Shown here one piece after another: positions 1-5,641 of a DNA stretch of 7,677 nt (its first letter is position 1; every line of letters begins with the position of its first letter). The stretch is from assembly GCA_009103225.1 (NCBI GenBank), contig RHPI01000576.1, forward strand, positions 1-7,677, given 5' to 3'. The notes under the pieces were generated by a model. It worked only from the letters and a program-made list of their open reading frames with translations. It was not told where the DNA came from and ran no database searches. Position numbers and translations under genes: made by a program. Source of the DNA: Chlorokybus atmophyticus (Eukaryota; Plantae; Mesostigma and Chlorokybus algae).

Positions 1-111
1 CGGCAGACTCATAACTCGCCGATATCCGCCACAAGTCATTAAAAACATGTACCTTACAAATAAGGCCTAAACCGGCCATGAAAATCACCGAATTTGGCCT
101 TGACTGTTACA
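1..111 (-). mobile_element. Partial LTR of the same Ty3/Gypsy family as 4986-5641 (LTR 5' end on the minus strand; the rest lies left of the window). Either a solo LTR or the 5' LTR of an element extending leftwards.
   Basis: 1-111 matches 5531-5641 at 109/111 positions (mismatches at 72 and 89). Both copies end at the same base, ...GACTGTTACA (TGTAACA on minus), and similarity stops there. Confidence 0.93.
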
Positions 112-1312
112 TATCTCCTCCGCTCCGGGTCTGCAGTGTCGGTCACCTCAAATCTCCGCCATGACTTATCTGCGACAGTCATACCGACAAGGCATTAATC
201 ACGAAATAGATAGTTCAAGTTGAGCCTGCACCAGGCTAGAATAGTGCCTGTAAGTTACTTTGGAGCGCGTTGCGCATCTGGGCTTTGTGGGTCTCGGGGT
301 CCATTTGGGCGTCGATGTGCCTGATTGAATTGGTTACAATAGGCGAGATGAGTACGTGTGTATGGAGGCTGAGTAAGAAGGCAGTGTTGCATAGCAGACA
401 TGGTGGTGAGGGACCCAACTCACTTGCGCTTGTTGCTGTTAAACAGTGTCCACTTGTACTCCTTCTCAAGGACATGCTTGATCTTGGTGACGTTCTCAGA
501 CCGGACCTGCGTAGCTTTCTTCAAGGTGACACTCCAGTGGTAGGGGCACTCTTTGGGAGTCCAGTACACCTCATAGAACTTGGCCGCATCGGCCTCGTCG
601 TCATGGTTGAAGCCAACTACCTGTCACGGGCAGGTTGGTCAGTGTCACGGTGCAGTGCGGTCATGAAGCATTCACAACACCTGACACATGACGTTACGAA
701 TAGTGTCCTCCTTGGGATAAACGTGGCTCTCCACCCAGTGGCCGTTTATAATTTCAACGACGGCATCTCGCAAATGCTGTCAACAGAAGAACAATCCGTT
801 ACACACATACACACAGTGTCACAGTGTCACACAGTGCTTTCCTCAGTGCCAATCTTCCACTTGCTTGGGGAAGGGTTGCTGACGGCCGAGGTTGCCACGT
901 CACGGCCAAATGCGTTTGGGTTGGGGGTTCCAATCGACCCTCTGCAAGCACAACCACATGAGTCATGCTGCCAGCCATGAAAGATGCAACCCTCACAGTT
1001 GCAAGAGAAGAACAACGTGCACAGTGTATCCAGAACGCATGCAGTGAGTCACTGTGCTAGTCATGATAGAAGCAAGCATCCAAGTTAGAAGTTGAGCAAG
1101 AAGCAACGTGCACAGTGCATCAAGAACGCATGCAGTCTAGCTTGCCCTTGCGACTGCGGTGTCAGGTGGAGTTGTTGTGATGTGCTGGGCGTTAGCGCGG
1201 GGTCTTGCTGCGATTGGTTGGCAACGGTTGCCTGGTTGAACACTGGGGGCAATGTGGACAACTGGCGCCGACCTCCACGACGAGGTGCACTTACGGATGG
1301 ACCACGAGGCAT
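112..1312 (-). pseudogene. Multi-exon gene of unknown function (~245 aa up to the LTR junction), probably truncated by the LTR insertion at 111/112
   Basis: Manual model, minus-strand exons 1312-1146, 941-833, 776-681, 620-424, 368-259, 169-112. Introns are 204 nt (GC-AG) and 56, 60, 55, 89 nt (GT-AG), all phase-compatible with no stops. Protein: MPRGPSVSAPRRGG...(S/P/Q-rich)...SKWKIGTEESTHLRDAVVEIINGHWVESHVYPKEDTIRNVMCQVVGFNHDDEADAAKFYEVYWTPKECPYHWSVTLKKATQVRSENVTKIKHVLEKEYKWTLFNSNKRNLHTHVLISPIVTNSIRHIDAQMDPETHKAQMRNALQNKSWRRFEVTDTADPERRR. If the last intron is not spliced, the gene ends intact at TAG 236-238. The plus-strand ORF 270-980 is its same-frame antisense shadow. Confidence 0.7.
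1013..1136. repeat. 33-bp direct repeat (two copies, 91-bp period) inside intron 1 of the minus-strand gene
   Basis: caacgtgcacagtgtatccagaacgcatgcagt (1013-1045) vs caacgtgcacagtgcatcaagaacgcatgcagt (1104-1136): 31/33 identical. Confidence 0.85.
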
Positions 1313-1709
1313 CTCTCCAACTGATAGTCGGGTGCCGCCTGTTTAGCTGTAAGTGGCGCTGCCGCCTCCAACGCTGCCGCCGCCGGTTGGCCCGCCCGAA
1401 TGTATGAGGCGCGAAAACGAAAATGAGGCGGTTTTGAACGTCTAGAGTCCCGCACTAGAGTCGCACTTGTAGTGCGTCCTTGCTCCTATGGTTGATGGTA
1501 CGACTTATGCATTCGTGCCATGCATGCTTCGTACAACCATTGTTACCAATGGTTGTGTCGTAACATCAATGGTACGACAGAGGCATCTCTCGTCCAACCC
1601 CAGCAATTGCCGTACAATGGCTCTATCGTACCATCCATGGTACGACAGAGGCATTGCTCGATCAGCCCAAATGGGAGTTAGCGTGCACTCACCAAAACAC
1701 GCTTCATTG
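1313..1709. promoter_or_regulatory. Putative bidirectional promoter between the two divergent genes, containing a CGTAC motif array
   Basis: 397 bp between the inferred ATGs at 1312 (-) and 1710 (+). Six CGTAC/GTACG cores lie in 1498-1644. There is an 18-bp perfect direct repeat (1569-1586 and 1637-1654) and two perfect inverted repeats (1533-1556, 1626-1645). Promoter function is inferred from position only. Confidence 0.45.
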
Positions 1710-1815
1710 ATGGCCGGATGATGGCACGCAGGGGCACCAGGTCGATGACGGGTCGAATGTCAGGCTTAATGGGCCTGGGTTCGACTAGGAGGCGGAGGAC
1801 CATGAGTCGGAGGAG

Positions 1816-1839
1816 GCGGCGGCGGCGGCGGCGGCGGCG
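1816..1839 (+). repeat. (GCG)8 trinucleotide microsatellite, poly-Ala in the inferred reading frame
   Basis: Eight perfect GCG units following GAG GAG (ESEEAAAAAAAAW). Confidence 0.95.
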
Positions 1840-3818
1840 TGGCACATCTTGCGAGAAGTTGTGGTCGTAAGAGTCCAAGCAGCGAAGACAGCTACTACCG
1901 GTCGCCACGTCATGGAGCATGGCAGGCGTCAGCAATGGGGCTGTCCAACATGCATCACCAACATTGGACAAACCAGCAGGCAAGCCATTAAAGACCATCT
2001 TCACACAGAGAGCTGCTTGGTGGCTCGCTTTCTGCAACAAGGAGTGGATCTGGAGCTGCAGTCCTTCGAGCCCCTTGTCAGAACCATGCGGGACCAATTG
2101 CGGCTGTTGGAACGAACACAAAGATATGCAGAGGTACGCTCAACAGTCATATGCATTTCATTGCAAGAGTAATTTGTTTTTTAGCGCAATCCATGTGATA
2201 TATACAGCGTGGCTGCAGGCCTCCACTATTCACCCATACCCACCCTACAGTCAAGCCAACATTGCGGAAGCCAGCGCAGATAGACAGTGCTGGGCGAAGG
2301 TATGTTGTTGCCAATCTCGCTGTGCATGTTGACTGCGTGCACCTCCAATGCATGCCTACCTTTGCATGCTAGGATGTGCGTGAGCGTGCGAAGTCGCGCG
2401 CGCGTGCCGCACGAAGTAAGCTGGGTTTGAGCACAGGAGCGCGTGGCCTATCGTCCGGCATTCAACCATTGGTGCATCAACCAGCAATGCCGCAGGTGAC
2501 TGTTCGAAGCAACCAACTGATGACGGGGTGACGCAATTGACTATTGCAATTGCAATGTCGCAAGCATGCAGCTAACCCACATGTGATTGGTTGACAGCAC
2601 CACAGTGCACTAGGTCTTGTTGGAGCTCCTATGCAAGCCTGGATTCAATCCCATCAACTGGTCCCTCAATCCCACTTGCTGATGGGCGCGGCGGCAATGC
2701 GGCATCAGTTTAACATGCATGTTGGCCTGTTAAATCCCGACATGTCTATTGGGGCAGTGGCGCATGATGTGCCCATGGCTCACGAGCTCCGTGACGAGTC
2801 TGCGCTCGAGGATGGCGGGGAGAGTGCACCCAGTACCACCTTGTCAGCCCCCATGGCTTCCCCTGCTCCATGCAGCCCACGGGCCATTGAGGTAAGTCGC
2901 TGTCTTTTATGCTCGTGCCTTGGTAACAATGCGTCAGGCACTGCATAAGCTTATATTCGTTATTTGCAACATTGTGAGCCATCTTATCCTGGGTCCTGTA
3001 TACAACCCCCTTGCTGCATGCACAAGTGGTCTCACCTGCAGCTCTTGCTCCCCTCGCAGCCAGAGCGCAACCACCTTCCGCGGCACCAGTCCTTCATGCA
3101 CTGCCATTTCCTCCACAAGCAGCACCGGTGATTGCGGGGCAACAGTCCTTCTTGCCGCCACCGGCGAGACCACAGCACAATGCAACAACCGATGTGGCTT
3201 CTGCACCTACCTTACCCCACCCGCTGCAAGTTGAAGCCGGCAGTCTGCCCCAAACTCAGGTACTTTATCAGTCACTGTGACTCTTGCCGTCTACAGTTGG
3301 ACACACCATTGGAGTGCTGTAGGCGCATGCAGCAGGGGTCGCCACCTGCCAGCGGGTCATTAGAGGAGCTGGCCGCAACCCGCATACGGCCATCAGTCAT
3401 GCTAGGTGGCCAGCCTCATGGGACCACTTCAATGCGCCAACGGATGGTAATTGCTTCTACCATTGTGTTATTTCGCGCCAGGCCATCCATAGCGCAAAGT
3501 GTCCTGGATGATTAGCACTATGCTTGTGCTCAACAATGCTTGCATAGTGACACTGAATTAGCACATGCAACAGGATTGGCTAAGGCGCATGTATTGCAAA
3601 TGGGGTTAACTTCAGCCAGCCCAACGCTCAGCCTCAATCTCAGGCAGACCCTGTGCAAGGAACGCTCCCTACCAACCAACAGGAGACTCCTCCATTGTCT
3701 TTAACAAGATCACAATCACAGCCTGCGCCTAAAGCACCACCCTAACGAGGTAACATATCCGTCGTGCACGCCATTGTGCATTAGCATGACAACAATGCCT
3801 TATTGTCCATGCATGCAG

Positions 3819-4699
3819 CTCGCGTGAGGAAGCAGCCTGCTGCGGCTTCAACTCAAGAAGCCAAGCGTGTTCGTACTGATAACTGGACTGTGGGTGACTG
3901 TCTTAAGCTTGTGCGGGGTTGGTACGACGTTGAGAGCGCCATCAAAGCAGGTGGTGCAAAGTCAAAAAAACAAGACAGCACTCACACGTTGGAAAGAAGT
4001 AATCAAGTGTTGCGAGAATGATTGCAGTGAGAACTTCCCTTGGTGGCGCAATGCACAGTCTTGCAAGTCAAAGTGAGAGCTGTTGTCAATGTACATGACT
4101 TTGCCAGCAGCTTGCCTATGTACATACAATGCGCGTGGCATATGTTATTGTGTACATGTGTGTCTCTGGTAGGTGGCAGCAGATGCGTGCAGCGTACATG
4201 ACGCTGCGTGGCTACATGGCCGAGAGCGGCAAGGCAAGTTACTTTGAATGCACGCCAGAGATGAAGGAAGAATATGGTTGGCAAAGGAGTTTGCTGATGA
4301 ATGACGTTGAGGTGAGCTTTTTTAGCTCTGTTTAACAACTTGCAATGGTTGTTAAGTATTAAGCAACTTGCTTTGTAGTTGTATGAGGGCATGCTGACAG
4401 CTCTGGGCGACAGCCATGCTGCGGACCCAGTTGCACCATGGGATTCCAGCTCGCCAGAGGAGAAGGGAGAAGAGGTGCCGCTTGGCTCTGACCGGAAGAA
4501 GAGTACAGCAACCCCGGATACTCTCATAGACCTAGTGAGAGAGGATGCAGAGTTGGGTCGTTTATTGTTGGTTGAGCTGACAGCTCAGGCCAGCAAGGCA
4601 ACTGTGGCGTTAATGGAGCAAATGACGGCCGACCGTGAGGCCTTTGTGCTAGCGTTTGTTAAGATCTCAAATGCAATTGCAGGGTTGAAGCCATCTTAA
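3819..4699 (+). pseudogene. Trihelix / Myb-SANT-like DNA-binding domain exons (resembling plant SH4/ASR3-type trihelix factors and PIF/Harbinger Myb-like ORF proteins), frameshifted
   Basis: Removing one A from 3964-3970 and introns 4073-4152 and 4312-4378 gives RTDNWTVGDCLKLVRGWYDVESAIKAGGAKSKNKTALTRWKEVIKCCENDCSENFPWWRNAQSCKSKWQQMRAAYMTLRGYMAESGKASYFECTPEMKEEYGWQRSLLMNDVELYEGMLTALG...LIDLVREDAELGRLLLVELTAQASKATVALMEQMTADREAFVLAFVKISNAIAGLKPS. This shows the three spaced Trp and the R-x3-C-x2-K-W signature of trihelix domains, and a C-terminal amphipathic helix. Family assigned by motif recognition only. Confidence 0.8.
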
Positions 4700-4726
4700 G
4701 TAGTGTGACCATTGGTGTTTGGGATT

Positions 4727-4838
4727 TGTGTTATTCTGTGTTGTGTTGAGATGGAGATGTGTTGTGTTGTGAATGCGGAGAATGTATTAAGTTGTGTGCG
4801 ATGTGATGAAGAGTTGTGAGTTGTGCTATGTTGTGCTG
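4727..4838. repeat. TG-rich low-complexity tract (degenerate TTGTG units) just downstream of the trihelix gene stop codon, likely 3' UTR
   Basis: Repeated ttgtg/tgttg words, e.g. tgtgttgtgttg at ~4737 and ~4758 and gttgtgagttgtgctatgttgtg at ~4813. Confidence 0.6.
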
Positions 4839-4985
4839 CATCCATTATGCCAACCCTGATGCAATCAGGCTTGGTTGTGTTGCGAAGGGCAATGTTAACA
4901 GCTGTGCGCCAGCTATAAAGCCTCACCCTCTAAAAACATCTCAGCAAGCAAGTCACGCACATAGTTTGTGCCGGTGCTCGTGCCT

Positions 4986-5641
4986 TGTCACCTGTGAGTT
5001 GGTCCAATCCACAACAACCCTCTCACCAAGACACGGTATTCACACCGGAACCTTGCCCCCTCTGCCAAGCACACACGCGCGCCCCGCCACTCGCGTACGC
5101 ACGCGCATGCGCTCGAAGCTACACACCGACTTGTGTAGCGCCTTGGATCGTCACACAAGCAAGCACACACCGGTGGGCACACGCTAGCAACCCCTGCTAA
5201 CCACCACCAAGCTTGCACACCAGAAACTAGGGAGCTAAAGGTTGTATTGCAAATTGTAGAATGTCACTTTTATACCTACCAGTCTGCACATGCTACTGTC
5301 TAGACGATTCTAGCGCTAGACGGACCTAGAAGCTAAGATATTCTTGCAGAATCTTGTAGTACACTTCTAGACCTTTCCAACGCACCAAAGATCTCCTAAT
5401 TTGCTGCTCATATGGTCAAGTTATACTACTTGGCGCCAGGCCCTTCCAGAAATCTGGTCGAGCCCTTCTCGACTGGCCCTCCGTTTTCTGGCACCTTCCG
5501 GACTGGTCTTGGGGCCCCGGTCGATATCCGCGGCAGACTCATAACTCGCCGATATCCGCCACAAGTCATTAAAAACATGTACCTTACAAATAAGGCCTAA
5601 AACGGCCATGAAAATCACAGAATTTGGCCTTGACTGTTACA
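4986..5641 (-). repeat. 3' LTR, ~656 bp
   Basis: Right boundary 5641 is fixed by the PPT and by the copy at 1-111. Left boundary 4986 is inferred from imperfect terminal inverted repeats (TGTAACA...GGTGACA on minus) and an internal TATA box. An alternative TGTCAC at 5262 would leave only ~6 bp after the TATA box, so it is less likely. Candidate TSD is TGCCT (4981-4985); its partner is outside the window. Confidence 0.8.
5268..5274 (-). promoter_or_regulatory. Putative TATA box of the LTR U3 promoter
   Basis: GGTATAAAAG on the minus strand, ~370 bp into the LTR, in the element's sense orientation. Confidence 0.6.

Larger units (their letters stand above)
1710..4699 (+). pseudogene. Degenerate multi-exon gene: acidic/poly-Ala N-terminus, possible Cys/His zinc-binding motif, long P/A/Q/S-rich linker, C-terminal trihelix (Myb/SANT-like) domain and coiled-coil-like tail. 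May be two genes.
   Basis: Phase-consistent exons 1710-2133, 2219-2299, 2598-2891. The next exon (~3042/3059 to 3229/3259) has an unresolved phase. Then 3297-3446, 3620-3749, 3819-4072, 4153-4311, 4379-4699. Donors include GTACGC 2134, GTATGT 2300, GTAAGT 2892, GTAACA 3750, GTGAGA 4073, GTGAGC 4312. Lesions: apparent extra G at ~1716, TAG 1786-1788, TAA 3743-3745, and a frameshift in the A7 run 3964-3970. Confidence 0.55.

Noticed and set aside
270-980. 236-aa plus-strand ORF
   Set aside because: Same-frame antisense shadow of exons 2-4 of the minus-strand gene; no recognisable motifs.
1495-1668. CRISPR-like reading of the repeat array
   Set aside because: Only two long repeat copies, irregular spacing and mixed orientation, eukaryotic context, no cas genes.
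1718-1870. Arg-rich protamine-like 50-aa ORF (MMARRGTRSM...RRRRRRRRRRG)
   Set aside because: Alternative frame over the GGAG/GCG-rich stretch; the acidic/poly-Ala frame that continues into the CPTC motif and a good donor is more plausible.
1678-2121. 147-aa minus-strand ORF with poly-Arg
   Set aside because: Antisense shadow of the plus-strand exon; the poly-Arg is just the (GCG)8 repeat read backwards.
2543-2556. 14-bp palindrome ATTGCAATTGCAAT, with a nearby (CG)n run at ~2390-2404
   Set aside because: Isolated, intronic and low-complexity; no supporting structure.
2631-3515. Harbinger DDE transposase expected beside the Myb/SANT gene
   Set aside because: I found no GAIDGTH, GDxGY or IExxFGxLK-type motifs in the frames examined between the LTRs; this region is low-complexity linker.
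4960-4985. Primer-binding site that would make 4986-5641 a 5' LTR for the enclosed segment
   Set aside because: The minus strand after the LTR reads AGGCACGAGC, not TGG..., and the PPT plus pol on the other side identify it as a 3' LTR.
2910-4987. 13-bp identity TGCTCGTGCCTTG at 2910-2922 and 4975-4987
   Set aside because: One 13-mer match is roughly what chance predicts in a 7.7-kb window, and it straddles the LTR boundary.
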